A stretch of 64,000 bases of DNA, taken from Eubacteriales bacterium. GTDB lineage: Bacteria; Bacillota; Clostridia; Oscillospirales; CAG-272. Under the pieces are notes generated by a model. It was given only the letters and a program-made list of their open reading frames with translations. It searched no databases and was not told the DNA's origin. The translations under genes and the position numbers were made by a program. This document shows positions 1-10,522 of this stretch, one piece after another. The stretch lies in NCBI GenBank assembly GCA_045632405.1, contig JAZQWO010000029.1, positions 17,614 to 81,613 on the forward strand, given 5' to 3'. Every line of letters starts with the position of its first letter. Positions within the stretch are counted from its first letter, which is position 1.

Positions 1-1
1 T

Positions 2-253
2 GCTCACGATGCCAACATTATCTGGGGTGTTAACTTTGACGAAACCTTGACAGATACAGTAAAGGTTACAATTATTGCCACAGGCTTTGAAAAATCAAAA
101 TCACGAATTGCAAAGCCAAGTGCTGATGACGAAAGCTTGGATGAGGTTAAGCCCTTGCCTGAAATGAAGGAAGAGGATTATACCGACATTATCGACATTA
201 TAAATAAGAACAGAGGCAAGAGCGCCCCTGAGGATTTTGACGAAAAGTATTAA
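2..253 (+). CDS. ftsZ: Cell division protein FtsZ, C-terminal fragment (5' end lies outside the window)
   Basis: The frame is open from the window edge. AHDANIIWGVNFDETLTDTVKVTIIATGFEK is the conserved end of the FtsZ core and is followed by an acidic tail. Stop codon at 251-253. Confidence 0.8.
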   Translation, partial: AHDANIIWGVNFDETLTDTVKVTIIATGFEKSKSRIAKPSADDESLDEVKPLPEMKEEDYTDIIDIINKNRGKSAPEDFDEKY

Positions 254-257
254 AATG

Positions 258-284
258 AAATGCCGCGGCTTTTGCGGCATTTTC
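258..284 (+). terminator. Rho-independent terminator after ftsZ
   Basis: A 9-bp stem (AAATGCCGC / GCGGCATTT) with a 7-nt loop, running into a T tract. Confidence 0.55.
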
Positions 285-431
285 CGCGTATTTAGTAAAA
301 TCCGAAACTGATTTTTCTTGTGATTTAAACCGATTTTTTGTGTCAAAAATATAAAATGTGCCCAAAAAACCAACTTGTCAAGTTGTCAATTTGTGCAAAA
401 CATAGAATTTTGACACTGAAAACAGTTGTTC

Positions 432-460
432 TTGACAACTTAGCAAGCAGATGTTATAAT
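432..460 (+). promoter_or_regulatory. Sigma-A type promoter of the str operon
   Basis: TTGACA (432-437), a 17-nt spacer, then TATAAT (455-460). Confidence 0.6.
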
Positions 461-580
461 AGTGCTGTGCGTAAATGCGTAAATAAGGTATATTTGCGCC
501 TATTTGCGCCACATTATACGATACATCGTGCCGTTTGGCACTGACGTATAAACATTTATCACTAAAGAAGGAGGAACGAA

Positions 581-997
581 ATGCCAACCTTTAATCAGCT
601 CGTAAGACAAGGTAGAAGCGACAAGACATATAAGTCTAAGGCACCTGTACTTCAGGTAGGCTTCAATACTTTGAAGAACAAAGCGATTGATCAGAGCGCA
701 CCTCAAAAGAGAGGCGTATGTACCAAGGTTACAACAACTACACCTAAGAAGCCAAACTCCGCTCTTCGTAAGATAGCAAGAGTTAAGCTCACAAACGGTA
801 TGGAAGTTACATCTTATATCCCTGGTATTGGCCACAATCTTCAGGAGCACTCAGTTGTACTTATCCGTGGTGGTAGAGTACGTGACTTGCCTGGTTGCCG
901 TTATCACATTATCCGTGGTACACTTGATGCACAGGGCGTTGCAAATCGTAACCAGAGCCGTTCTAAATACGGCGCTAAGCGTGCAAAGAAGAAATAA
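581..997 (+). CDS. rpsL: 30S ribosomal protein S12
   Basis: [12 protein letters not shown]...[10 protein letters not shown]...GVRYHIIRG-type sequence. RBS AAGGAGGA lies upstream. Confidence 0.97.
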   Translation: MPTFNQLVRQGRSDKTYKSKAPVLQVGFNTLKNKAIDQSAPQKRGVCTKVTTTTPKKPNSALRKIARVKLTNGMEVTSYIPGIGHNLQEHSVVLIRGGRVRDLPGCRYHIIRGTLDAQGVANRNQSRSKYGAKRAKKK

Positions 998-1163
998 TTC
1001 AATCTTTTTTGCGGTTAGGTAACAAAAGTTAAATTTTTAATCGTAGTTCCCAACTTGTAGCTGAATAAATGTTTATTATGTCAGTGACAACTTGCAGGAC
1101 ACGACGGGAGAATTTCTTTCGAGTACCAATGATATCATATTTTTAATGAAGGAGGGAAGTAAA

Positions 1164-1634
1164 GTGCCAAGAAGAGGTCAAATTTCCAAAAGAGATGTAT
1201 TGCCAGATCCACTTTACGGTTCAAAGCTCGTAACAAAGCTTATCAACAACATTATGCTTGATGGTAAGAAGGGCGTTGCTCAGAAGATTGTTTACGACGC
1301 ATTTAAGATCGTAGAAGAAAAGACTGGTGAGAATGGTCTTGAGGCGTTCCAGGCAGCTCTTGAGAACGTAATGCCTGTGTTGGAGGTTAAGGCTCGCCGT
1401 GTAGGTGGTTCTAACTATCAGGTACCAATGGAAGTAAGAGCAGAAAGACGTCAGACACTCGGTCTTCGTTGGATAACAACATATTCAAGAAACCGTGGTG
1501 AAAAGACTATGGCTGAAAGACTTGCAGGCGAAATACTCGACGCTAGAAATAGCTTGGGTGGCGCATTCAAGAAGAAAGAAGAAACACACAGAATGGCTGA
1601 AGCTAATAAGGCTTTCGCACACTACAGATATTAA
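1164..1634 (+). CDS. rpsG: 30S ribosomal protein S7
   Basis: The product starts [24 protein letters not shown] start at 1164 is preceded by GGAGGG at 1151-1156. The ORF-track start at 1092 is an upstream extension with no RBS. Confidence 0.93.
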   Translation: MPRRGQISKRDVLPDPLYGSKLVTKLINNIMLDGKKGVAQKIVYDAFKIVEEKTGENGLEAFQAALENVMPVLEVKARRVGGSNYQVPMEVRAERRQTLGLRWITTYSRNRGEKTMAERLAGEILDARNSLGGAFKKKEETHRMAEANKAFAHYRY

Positions 1635-1670
1635 TCCACGCCCCTTATTTTTTGAAAGGAAAAAACACAG

Positions 1671-3782
1671 ATGGCAAGAGAATATTCACTTGAAAATACC
1701 CGTAATATTGGTATTATGGCGCACATTGACGCTGGTAAGACCACTACTACTGAGCGTATCTTGTTCTACACAGGTAGAACACATAAAATAGGTGAAACTC
1801 ATGAAGGCTCTGCTACAATGGACTGGATGGAGCAGGAGCAGGAAAGAGGTATTACAATTACTTCTGCTGCTACAACTTGCTTCTGGGCTGGTTCTGAGAA
1901 GCAGTTCAACCCCACTCGTATCAACATTATTGATACCCCTGGCCACGTTGACTTCACCGTTGAAGTACAGCGTTCATTAAGAGTTCTTGACGGCTCTGTT
2001 ACCGTTCTCTGTGCGAAGGGCGGCGTTGAACCTCAGTCTGAAACAGTATGGAGACAGGCTGACGAATATGGCGTACCACGTATGGCATACGTTAACAAGA
2101 TGGACATCATGGGTGCAGACTTCTATAGAGTTGTAAACATGATGAGAGAAAGATTACATGCTAACGCAGTACCGATTCAGTTGCCTATCGGCGCTGAAGA
2201 CACATTTAAGGGTATCATCGACCTTTTCGAAATGAAGGCTGATGTATACTATGATGACCTCGGTAAGGATATGAGAATTGAAGATATCCCTGCTGATCTC
2301 ATCGACAAGGCAAATGAATACAGAGCAAACCTCGTTGAATCCATTTGCGAAACAGACGATGAACTTATGATGATGTACTTGGAGGGTGAAGAACCTTCTA
2401 ACGAAGAGCTTAAGGCTGCACTTCGTAAGGCAACAATCGCTAACAAGATAGTTCCTGTTGTATGCGGAACATCATATAAGAACAAGGGTGTTCAGAAGCT
2501 TCTCGATGCAGTTATCGAGTATATGCCTTCTCCACTTGACGTTCCTGCTATCAAGGGTATCAACCCTGACACAGGTGATGAGGATGTTCGTCACTCCAGT
2601 GACACAGAGCCATTCTCCGCACTTGCATTCAAGATTATGACAGACCCATTTGTTGGTAAGCTTTGCTTCTTCCGTGTATACTCTGGTTCAGTTCAGGCTG
2701 GTACTCAGGTATATAACTCCTGCAAGGACAAGACAGAAAGATTCGGTCGTATTCTTCAGATGCACGCAAACGATAGAAAAGATATCGATATTTGCTACGC
2801 AGGTGATATCGCTGCTGTTATCGGTGTAAGAAACACCACAACAGGTGATACATTCTGTGATGAAAAGAACCCAATCATCCTTGAGTCTATGGAATTCCCA
2901 GAGCCTGTTATCAGAGTTGCTGTTGAGCCAAAGACAAAGGCTGGTCAGGAAAAGATGGGTATCGCTCTTGCAAAGCTTGCAGAGGAAGACCCAACATTTA
3001 GAACTTATACAGACGAAGAAACAGGACAAACAATCATCGCTGGTATGGGTGAGCTTCACCTTGAAATCATCGTTGACCGTCTCCTTCGTGAGTTTAAGGT
3101 AGAGGCAACAGTTGGTAAGCCACAGGTTGCTTATAAGGAAACTATTAGAAGATCCGCTGACGTTGACCACAAGTATGCTCGTCAGTCTGGTGGTAAGGGT
3201 CAGTATGGTCACGTTAAGATCATTATGGAGCCAAACGAGCCAGGCAAGGGCTACGAGTTCATCAACAAGGTTGTTGGTGGTGCTATTCCAAAGGAATACA
3301 TCCCATGTGTTGACCAGGGTATCCAGTCTGCTTCTCAGACAGGTATTCTTGCAGGCTACAATGTAGTTGACTTTAAGGTAACACTTTATGATGGTTCATA
3401 CCACGAGGTTGACTCCTCTGAAATGGCGTTCAAGATTGCCGCTTCTATGGCATTCAAGGAAGCTATGAGAAAAGCTGACCCTGTATTGACAGAGCCTATT
3501 ATGAAGGTTGTTGTTGTAACACCTGATGACTACATGGGCGACGTTATCGGTAGCTTGAACTCCCGTCGTGGACAGATCCAGTCTATGGAGCCTGTTGCCG
3601 GCGCACAGCAGATCACTGCTATGGTTCCTCTTGCTGAAATGTTTGGTTACGCAACAACATTGCGTTCATCCACACAGGGTAGAGGTAACTACTCAATGGA
3701 GCCTGACCACTTTGCAGAGGTTCCAAAGAACGTTCAGGAAGAAATTATCAAGGTTCGTGGACGTAATAATAACAACGATTAA
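1671..3782 (+). CDS. fusA: Elongation factor G
   Basis: [28 protein letters not shown] and the later EF-G domains are present; 703 aa. Confidence 0.97.
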   Translation: MAREYSLENTRNIGIMAHIDAGKTTTTERILFYTGRTHKIGETHEGSATMDWMEQEQERGITITSAATTCFWAGSEKQFNPTRINIIDTPGHVDFTVEVQRSLRVLDGSVTVLCAKGGVEPQSETVWRQADEYGVPRMAYVNKMDIMGADFYRVVNMMRERLHANAVPIQLPIGAEDTFKGIIDLFEMKADVYYDDLGKDMRIEDIPADLIDKANEYRANLVESICETDDELMMMYLEGEEPSNEELKAALRKATIANKIVPVVCGTSYKNKGVQKLLDAVIEYMPSPLDVPAIKGINPDTGDEDVRHSSDTEPFSALAFKIMTDPFVGKLCFFRVYSGSVQAGTQVYNSCKDKTERFGRILQMHANDRKDIDICYAGDIAAVIGVRNTTTGDTFCDEKNPIILESMEFPEPVIRVAVEPKTKAGQEKMGIALAKLAEEDPTFRTYTDEETGQTIIAGMGELHLEIIVDRLLREFKVEATVGKPQVAYKETIRRSADVDHKYARQSGGKGQYGHVKIIMEPNEPGKGYEFINKVVGGAIPKEYIPCVDQGIQSASQTGILAGYNVVDFKVTLYDGSYHEVDSSEMAFKIAASMAFKEAMRKADPVLTEPIMKVVVVTPDDYMGDVIGSLNSRRGQIQSMEPVAGAQQITAMVPLAEMFGYATTLRSSTQGRGNYSMEPDHFAEVPKNVQEEIIKVRGRNNNND

Positions 3783-3819
3783 TTTTAAATTAAAATAATT
3801 TATTTGGAGGATTATTCAA

Positions 3820-5022
3820 ATGGCTAAGCAGAAGTTTGAAAGAACCAAACCACACGTTAACATTGGTACAATCGGTCACGTTGACCACGGTAAGACAACT
3901 CTTACAGCTGCAATCACAAAGACACTTTCTTTGAACGGCGGAGCTGAGTTTTTGGACTACAGCCAGATCGACAACTGCCCAGAAGAAAGAGCAAGAGGTA
4001 TCACAATCAACTCCCGTCACGTTGAGTACGAAACAGCAAATCGTCACTACGCACACGTTGACTGCCCAGGCCACGCTGACTATGTAAAGAACATGATCAC
4101 TGGTGCTGCTCAGATGGACGGCGCTATCCTCGTTGTTGCTGGTACAGACGGCCCTATGGCTCAGACACGTGAGCACATCCTTCTCGCTCGTCAGGTAGGC
4201 GTTCCTGCACTCGTTGTATTCATCAACAAGTGTGATGACGTTGACGATGCTGAGCTTCTCGACCTCGTTGAGATGGAAATCAGAGACCTTCTCTCCCAGT
4301 ACGAGTTCCCAGGCGACGACATTCCGATCGTTCGTGGTTCCGCTAGAAACGCTCTTATGAGCACAAACAACGACACTTCCGCTCCTGAGTATGCTTGCAT
4401 TCTCGAGCTTATGGAAGCTGTTGACTCCTACATCCCAACTCCAGACAGAAAGGCTGATATGCCATTCCTTCTCCCAGTTGAGGACGTATTCTCTATCTCC
4501 GGCCGTGGTACAGTTGCTACAGGTAGAGTAGAGCGTGGTACAGTTAAGATGAACGACCAGGTTGAAATCGTTGGTCTTACAGAAGAGTCCAGATCTACAG
4601 TTATCACAGGTATCGAAATGTTCCATAAGCTTATGGACAGCGCTGAGGCTGGTGACAACGTTGGTCTTCTTCTCCGTGGCGTTAACAAGACAGACATCGA
4701 AAGAGGTCAGGTTCTTTGCAAGCCAGGTTCCATCAACCCACACACAAAGTTCGAGGGTGCTGTATATATCTTGACAGAAAAGGAAGGCGGCCGTTCAAAG
4801 CCATTCTTCACAAACTACAGACCTCAGTTCTATATCAGAACAACTGACGTTACAGGTATCATCAATCTTCCTGCAGACGTTGACATGGCTAAGCCTGGTG
4901 ACAACCTCACAATCAGCGTTGAGCTCATCACTCCTATCGCTATTGAAGACGGTTTGAAGTTCGCTATCCGTGAGGGTGGTAGAACAGTTGGTTCAGGTAA
5001 GGTTACAAAGATTATCGCGTAA
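3820..5022 (+). CDS. tuf: Elongation factor Tu
   Basis: [28 protein letters not shown] and NKCD motifs are present; 400 aa; RBS GGAGGA. Confidence 0.97.
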   Translation: MAKQKFERTKPHVNIGTIGHVDHGKTTLTAAITKTLSLNGGAEFLDYSQIDNCPEERARGITINSRHVEYETANRHYAHVDCPGHADYVKNMITGAAQMDGAILVVAGTDGPMAQTREHILLARQVGVPALVVFINKCDDVDDAELLDLVEMEIRDLLSQYEFPGDDIPIVRGSARNALMSTNNDTSAPEYACILELMEAVDSYIPTPDRKADMPFLLPVEDVFSISGRGTVATGRVERGTVKMNDQVEIVGLTEESRSTVITGIEMFHKLMDSAEAGDNVGLLLRGVNKTDIERGQVLCKPGSINPHTKFEGAVYILTEKEGGRSKPFFTNYRPQFYIRTTDVTGIINLPADVDMAKPGDNLTISVELITPIAIEDGLKFAIREGGRTVGSGKVTKIIA

Positions 5023-5041
5023 TTTATTACGAACCCTATAA

Positions 5042-5071
5042 AAAAGAGCTTCTTTTGAAGCTCTTTTTTTG
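5042..5071 (+). terminator. Rho-independent terminator after tuf
   Basis: Stem AAAAGAGCTTC / GAAGCTCTTTT followed by a T7 run. Confidence 0.85.
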
Positions 5072-5137
5072 TTTATCTGTTGACTTTAGTTTCGCAAAAG
5101 TGTAGAATTAATATAGTACATTCTAAGGAGCAACCAT

Positions 5138-6214
5138 ATGAAAAATTATTTTAAAGCTTATGTATCAAATACACTTGCGGGCAGCGGAAACCAAAGCTAT
5201 TTCTTATCAGATAATACAATACAAACAGGCAGAGTATTTTATAAGGTGTTTGCAGGTGGCAAATATAACTATTCCTTTATGTTTACCAATATAATTGATA
5301 GTACCTATGCTGATGGCGCACACTCCAAGGCTAATTTGAAATGCAGGGAATGGACGATTAAAAGCGCTAAGGTAATGGTGGCAGACAAGGATACAAAGGA
5401 TCTTGCAAATTGCGAATTTAAGTGCGAAAAAGCTCTTACATTTAACAAAAAAACAGAAAAAGCAGTTGTGTATGAAGATATTTTCCATTCTGACTCAGTA
5501 GAGCTTGAATGCGAAAAGAACGATTATATTTGCCTTGAAATTGATTTTTGCGGCGAACAAATCCCATATTTTGAGGAGCTTATTATTCCAAGCTTCCGCC
5601 TCGTTGACGGTAAGTGGGTAGCTACTAAGCAAACCCCTCTTGCTTGTATGGTTGGCTGTGATAGACCTGTTACTAAAAAAATCGGCTTTTTAGGCGACTC
5701 AATTACTGAGGGTATCGGTGTTCCAATGAACGCATATACACACTGGAATGCTAAAATCGCTGAAATGACAGGCGAGCAATATTCTTACTGGAATTTGGGC
5801 ATCGGCTTCGGCAGAGCTGCAGATGCTGCATCAAATGGTGCGTGGCTTAACAAGGCAAAGCAAATGGATACAGTTACAATTTGCTACGGTGTTAATGACC
5901 TCGGCAGAGGCTATACTCCTATGGAAATCAAGTGCAATCTTGAAACTATTGTGAGAATTTTAAAGGATAATAAGGTAAGAACCATTTTATTTACAATTCC
6001 GCCATTCGATTACTCGGAAGAGATAAAAGCAAAGTGGATGGAAATAAATAACTATATTATGAATGAGCTTTCAAAAATCACCGAGGTTTACGATGTTGTT
6101 CCTGTGTGGGGAGATGAATCCCCCAATGAACAAAGAGCAATTTACGGTGGGCATCCAAATGAAGAGGGATGCTTAAAGCTCGCTTGCAATTTCCTTGAAA
6201 AATTCACTTTATAA
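5138..6214 (+). CDS. SGNH/GDSL-family hydrolase with an N-terminal extra domain of about 180 aa
   Basis: Block I FLGDSITEG, block III YGVNDL and a C-terminal GGHPNEEG block. RBS AAGGAG. Confidence 0.75.
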   Translation: MKNYFKAYVSNTLAGSGNQSYFLSDNTIQTGRVFYKVFAGGKYNYSFMFTNIIDSTYADGAHSKANLKCREWTIKSAKVMVADKDTKDLANCEFKCEKALTFNKKTEKAVVYEDIFHSDSVELECEKNDYICLEIDFCGEQIPYFEELIIPSFRLVDGKWVATKQTPLACMVGCDRPVTKKIGFLGDSITEGIGVPMNAYTHWNAKIAEMTGEQYSYWNLGIGFGRAADAASNGAWLNKAKQMDTVTICYGVNDLGRGYTPMEIKCNLETIVRILKDNKVRTILFTIPPFDYSEEIKAKWMEINNYIMNELSKITEVYDVVPVWGDESPNEQRAIYGGHPNEEGCLKLACNFLEKFTL

Positions 6215-6234
6215 TAAAAAATCGTGATATAGCC

Positions 6235-6264
6235 AAAAATCCGTTGCTTTTGCAACGGATTTTT
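6235..6264. terminator. Bidirectional terminator hairpin between convergent genes
   Basis: AAAAATCCGTTGC tttt GCAACGGATTTTT, with an A run on one side and a T run on the other. Confidence 0.7.
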
Positions 6265-7560
6265 CTATTTTAGATTAGTATTTGCAGGGCCTTCAATTAA
6301 TGTCCCTTTCTCAGTGTAACGAGAGCCGTGGCAAGGGCAATCCCATGTTCGCTCGTGCTTGTTCCATTTTAGAGCGCAACCTAAATGCGAGCAACGTTTT
6401 TTCTTAAATGAAGCATAGCCTAAAATCGCTTCAAAGGAGTTTACAAGCAACTGCGGCTTGAGCATAGAGCGATTAGGTGAAAATAACACCTCATATTTGT
6501 TTTTCTTGCCCAAAATCAAATCACCCAGTAGATATGATGCTATCATTGAGGATGTCATTCCCCATTTGTTAAATCCCGTTGCAACATATAAATTTGGAGT
6601 CGATTTGGAATATTGACCGATGTATGGAATTTTGTCAAGCGTCATACAGTCCTGTGCCGCCCACTGGGAAACAACAGTATTTCCGGGGAAATATTTGTCT
6701 GCAATATTAATTAGCCCCTGCCAAGCATAACTGCTTTTGCCTGTCCTATGTCCTTCACCGCCAAGGATAACAGTGTCTTTGTAAGTGCGAAGGGATAGCC
6801 CATATTCAGTGTCATTTAAATGCATTCCGTCAATATTCTTGTCTGTCTTAATGGCTATTGCATATGACCGATGCTGATACATCTTCAAAAAATACATTCC
6901 GTGCTTGTTGTAAATTGGAAAATGAGTAGTAACTATAATTTTTTTAGCCTTAATCGTATGTCCGTTTACCTTGACAGAACCATCATATATATCTTTAACG
7001 CGGCTATTTTCGTAGATGTTCAGATTAGAAGAGATGGCAGATAAAAATTTTATTGGGTTATACTGTGCTTGATTTTCAAGCCTGACGCCACAAATGTAGT
7101 TAAATGGTATGTCCAAACGCTTTTCCAATGTAGCATTCGCACCGATAGATTGTAACGCGTGGACTTCCTTTTCAATTTTTGAAGCATTGCTGTCGGTAAA
7201 TATATATGCATTTTTTTCTTCAAAATCACAGTCAATTTCTTTGGATAAGGAGCGAAATATTGCAATCGCCTCTTGATTTGCTTGATAATATAGCTTTGCA
7301 AAATCCAGACCCTTTGATTTAATAATATCTTGATAAATTAATCCGTGCAAAGAGGAAATTTTTGCGGTTGTATTCACGGTGGTTTTCTTGCAAATCTTTT
7401 CTGCCTCTACCAATATATAGTCAACACCCAATTGCTTCAATCTGTATGCACAAAGAACACCGGCAATTCCGCCACCGATAATTAACACATCAGTGCTCAA
7501 GCTGCCCTCAACCTTTGGAAAGCTCGGAAGCTCTGCGGTGTCGTTCCAAATAGAATTCAT
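6265..7560 (-). CDS. FAD-dependent oxidoreductase fused to a C-terminal Rieske [2Fe-2S] domain
   Basis: N-terminal dinucleotide fold VLIIGGGIAGVLCAYRL. C-terminal CSHLGC...CPCHGSRY Rieske motif. ATG at 7560 follows GAGGTG; the track start at 7575 is a TTG extension. Confidence 0.75.
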   Translation of the reverse strand: MNSIWNDTAELPSFPKVEGSLSTDVLIIGGGIAGVLCAYRLKQLGVDYILVEAEKICKKTTVNTTAKISSLHGLIYQDIIKSKGLDFAKLYYQANQEAIAIFRSLSKEIDCDFEEKNAYIFTDSNASKIEKEVHALQSIGANATLEKRLDIPFNYICGVRLENQAQYNPIKFLSAISSNLNIYENSRVKDIYDGSVKVNGHTIKAKKIIVTTHFPIYNKHGMYFLKMYQHRSYAIAIKTDKNIDGMHLNDTEYGLSLRTYKDTVILGGEGHRTGKSSYAWQGLINIADKYFPGNTVVSQWAAQDCMTLDKIPYIGQYSKSTPNLYVATGFNKWGMTSSMIASYLLGDLILGKKNKYEVLFSPNRSMLKPQLLVNSFEAILGYASFKKKRCSHLGCALKWNKHERTWDCPCHGSRYTEKGTLIEGPANTNLK

Positions 7561-7670
7561 ACTATCACCTCGCAAATATTATGTTCAATTCAATATTTTT
7601 TATGTATTTTAGGTGGAAAACACAAATATGAAAGAATAATAATATGAACATATGAGCTCATATAATATAT

Positions 7671-7696
7671 AAAAAGCCCGTAAAAACGGGCTTTTT
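7671..7696. terminator. Bidirectional terminator hairpin
   Basis: AAAAAGCCCG taaaaa CGGGCTTTTT. Confidence 0.7.
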
Positions 7697-7705
7697 GAGT
7701 GCTTT

Positions 7706-9172
7706 TTACAATATTATGCAGATTAAACCGTTTGAGCCTTCGTTGATAACGCGCGTTAATGTGTCCGACAGCTTGCCACGTGATTCTTGAGTTATATGAG
7801 CAAGCTTGGTGTGTAGGCTATCGCTTACTAATTCATAAAGGGATTTTCCAAGCATATTGAAATCCCAAAGTCGTTGCGGGTCCTCTTGATATTCGTCAAG
7901 CATAAGCCGTACAATTTCATCTGCCTGCTCAGCTGTGCCAACTATGGGGTTTACTTCCGCTTCAATATTTGCCTTTATCATATGTATTGATGGTGCGGTT
8001 GCCTTTAACCGTATGCCGTGGGCGCCTGCTTGCTTTGACATCTCCGGCTCATTTAATGTCATATCATTAACACCTGGCAAAACGATTCCATAGCCTGTTG
8101 CGTTGACCTCATCAATTGCACTTGCAAATTTGTCAAATTCTCGCTTTGTTTCGGAGAGACTCTTAATGTTGCGGAATAAATCCTCCTCGTCTTTTATGTC
8201 GATTTCGCACATTTCACTGATAATCTTGTAATATAGCTCAGGCAAAAGCTGAATATCAACATCAATTTCTCCCGTTCCTAAGTGGCACGTGAAATTAGGC
8301 TCGCCATCAACATATTCGTTTGACGCAATTTGCTTGGCGATGCTTTTAGCATCGTCTATTTTGTTTGTGGGTGATACCGCGTTTTTAATCGTGTTAATCA
8401 GGCTTTGGTGTAACCAATGATTTTTTTCAAGTGATGAAAAATATTTTGGGAAGTGACACCTGATTTCTGTGGCAGAAAACTGTCCAAGCAGCAATTCGAT
8501 TATTCCGTCAAAATCCTCTTTCCCAAGCTCTAATGCATTGATAAGTGCCACAGGAGCGCCATATTTTTCCTCAAGCGAAAAAGCAAGGCTTTGCGCCTCT
8601 TGTGATTCAGGCTTGCTTGAATTTAAAACTATTACAAAAGGCTTTTTTGCCGTCTTTAGCTCGTTTATAACTCGTTCCTCACTTGGTATATAGCTTTCTC
8701 TCGGTATGTCTCCTATAGTGCCGTCAGTTGTTACCACAATTCCCACAGTGGAGTGCTCGCTTATAACCCGTCTTGTTCCAATCTCCGCCGCGCGCTCAAA
8801 CTCCATGGGCTCCTTGTCCCACGGTGTTGTTACCATTCTGATTTCGCCGTTTTCCTCTCCGCCAATAGCACCGTCAACTAAGTAACCTACACAGTCAATG
8901 AGTCGCACCTTCATTTTTGAGCTGCCAATCGAAACCTCAACCGCTTCGTCAGGAACAAATTTTGGCTCAGTTGTCATAATTGTTCTGCCTGATGCACTTT
9001 GAGGCGTTTCGTCAAGAGCGCGTTCTCGGTTGTAGCCCTGTCCCATATTGGGAATAACAATGGAATTCATAAACTGTTTAACAAATGTAGATTTTCCGCT
9101 GCGCACAGGGCCGACAACACCTACGTAAATCTCTCCGTTTGTCCTTTTTGCAATGTCCTCATACAAGTTCAT
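7706..9172 (-). CDS. spoIVA: Stage IV sporulation protein A (spore coat morphogenetic ATPase)
   Basis: MNLYEDIAKRTNGEIYVGVVGPVRSGKSTFVKQFM contains the Walker A motif typical of SpoIVA. The product is about 488 aa and ends ...GLICIIL. The start was chosen at the internal ATG at 9172. Confidence 0.9.
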   Translation of the reverse strand: MNLYEDIAKRTNGEIYVGVVGPVRSGKSTFVKQFMNSIVIPNMGQGYNRERALDETPQSASGRTIMTTEPKFVPDEAVEVSIGSSKMKVRLIDCVGYLVDGAIGGEENGEIRMVTTPWDKEPMEFERAAEIGTRRVISEHSTVGIVVTTDGTIGDIPRESYIPSEERVINELKTAKKPFVIVLNSSKPESQEAQSLAFSLEEKYGAPVALINALELGKEDFDGIIELLLGQFSATEIRCHFPKYFSSLEKNHWLHQSLINTIKNAVSPTNKIDDAKSIAKQIASNEYVDGEPNFTCHLGTGEIDVDIQLLPELYYKIISEMCEIDIKDEEDLFRNIKSLSETKREFDKFASAIDEVNATGYGIVLPGVNDMTLNEPEMSKQAGAHGIRLKATAPSIHMIKANIEAEVNPIVGTAEQADEIVRLMLDEYQEDPQRLWDFNMLGKSLYELVSDSLHTKLAHITQESRGKLSDTLTRVINEGSNGLICIIL

Positions 9173-9325
9173 ACTCTCTGCCCGTCCTTTAATACGTTTT
9201 TTAGTAAAGTATATTGAAGAGTTGTCGCAATTATTACTCAAAATATTTTGGAAATATTCCTTTATCGGTAGATTTATTTAAAAAAGTGTGATAGAATTGA
9301 ATTAATAAATTAAAGGAGAAAAATT

Positions 9326-10405
9326 ATGAGCTTTGCAAAAATAAATGAAAAGTTGATAGATAGTCACCTTCATATTTTTGAATGGTGGGATAAGGAAGGA
9401 AATAGCTTTATCACAGGCTTTGACGAATATATTGAAAAAATGGGTGTGACCGCTGTCAATATCGCGGCCTTGCCTGCAGGCAAAAACAGAAATGTTAGCT
9501 CTAATATAATGATAGCTTTTTACAAGCTTGCAAACAAGGGCGCATTTGCCCACGGTGGGCTTGTGTACCCCGAATGTCCTGCACCCGACAAAATGCCCGA
9601 GGGATATGATTTTGCAACACAGTACAAGGAGCTGATGGAGATCGGCTTTGACGGTATGAAAATGCTTGAAGGCAAGCCTACACTACATAAATATGTAGGA
9701 AAGGACCTTTCTTCAGATCTTTATGACCCATATTTTGCAGAAATGGAAAAGAATGGCACGCACTTGATTTTCCACGTGAACGATCCTGAGGAATTCTGGG
9801 ACCCTGAAAAAGCACCTGATTGGGCGAAGAAAGAGGGCTGGTATTATGGTGACGGTGGCTATGCAACAAATGAAGAGGTATATGCTCAAATTAGCCGAAT
9901 TTTGGAAAAACACCCTAACCTGTGTGTGAATTTTGCACATTTCTATTTTTATTCCAATTTTCCTGAGAAGCTTGTTGCCTTGTATGAAAAATATCCAAAC
10001 GTAGGTGTTGACATAACCCCCGGGGGAGAGATGTACTTTGCGTTTGACGATAGACGGGACTATTACAGGGATTTCTTTATAAAGTATTCCGACCGCATCC
10101 AGTTTGGCACAGATACCTGCTTCCCATACGGAACAGAAAGCTATTGCTGGCTAACTGACAGAGTATATAGATATATCGCAACCGACGAGCAATTTAAGGG
10201 CTTTGGCGACAGAATTCATACAGGTATGAAGCTGCCAAGAAAGACCTGCGAGGACATTTTCTACAAAAACTTTGAGCGCACAGTAGGTACAAAGCCAAAG
10301 GAAATTAACAAGGAAGCGTTATCAAGATATATCGCCAAATATAGATGGATGCTTGACGAGAAAACTAACAAATTGATTGACGAGCTGTCAAAAAAGTATC
10401 TCTAA
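9326..10405 (+). CDS. Amidohydrolase-family metal-dependent hydrolase
   Basis: N-terminal IDSHLHIF (HxH) motif and later H/D residues typical of TIM-barrel amidohydrolases. RBS AAAGGAGA. Confidence 0.65.
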   Translation: MSFAKINEKLIDSHLHIFEWWDKEGNSFITGFDEYIEKMGVTAVNIAALPAGKNRNVSSNIMIAFYKLANKGAFAHGGLVYPECPAPDKMPEGYDFATQYKELMEIGFDGMKMLEGKPTLHKYVGKDLSSDLYDPYFAEMEKNGTHLIFHVNDPEEFWDPEKAPDWAKKEGWYYGDGGYATNEEVYAQISRILEKHPNLCVNFAHFYFYSNFPEKLVALYEKYPNVGVDITPGGEMYFAFDDRRDYYRDFFIKYSDRIQFGTDTCFPYGTESYCWLTDRVYRYIATDEQFKGFGDRIHTGMKLPRKTCEDIFYKNFERTVGTKPKEINKEALSRYIAKYRWMLDEKTNKLIDELSKKYL

Positions 10406-10522
10406 ATATGGACCCTTGTGTCTAATTTTGGCTAAATTGTTACGTTAATTCAATATTACTTGACTTTTATATAATAACGTGCTATAATATTACCAATTAA
10501 TTTATGGAGGATATATACTATA

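Noticed and set aside
3790-4743. Long antisense ORFs inside highly expressed or long genes (for example 3790-4743 in tuf, 2688-3212 in fusA, 10456-11052, 22678-23271, 26432-26992, 30357-31013, 57012-57647, 61310-62035)
   Set aside because: Each is fully embedded opposite a confidently identified gene. They lack an RBS and have skewed Ser/Cys/Leu-rich translations typical of shadow ORFs.
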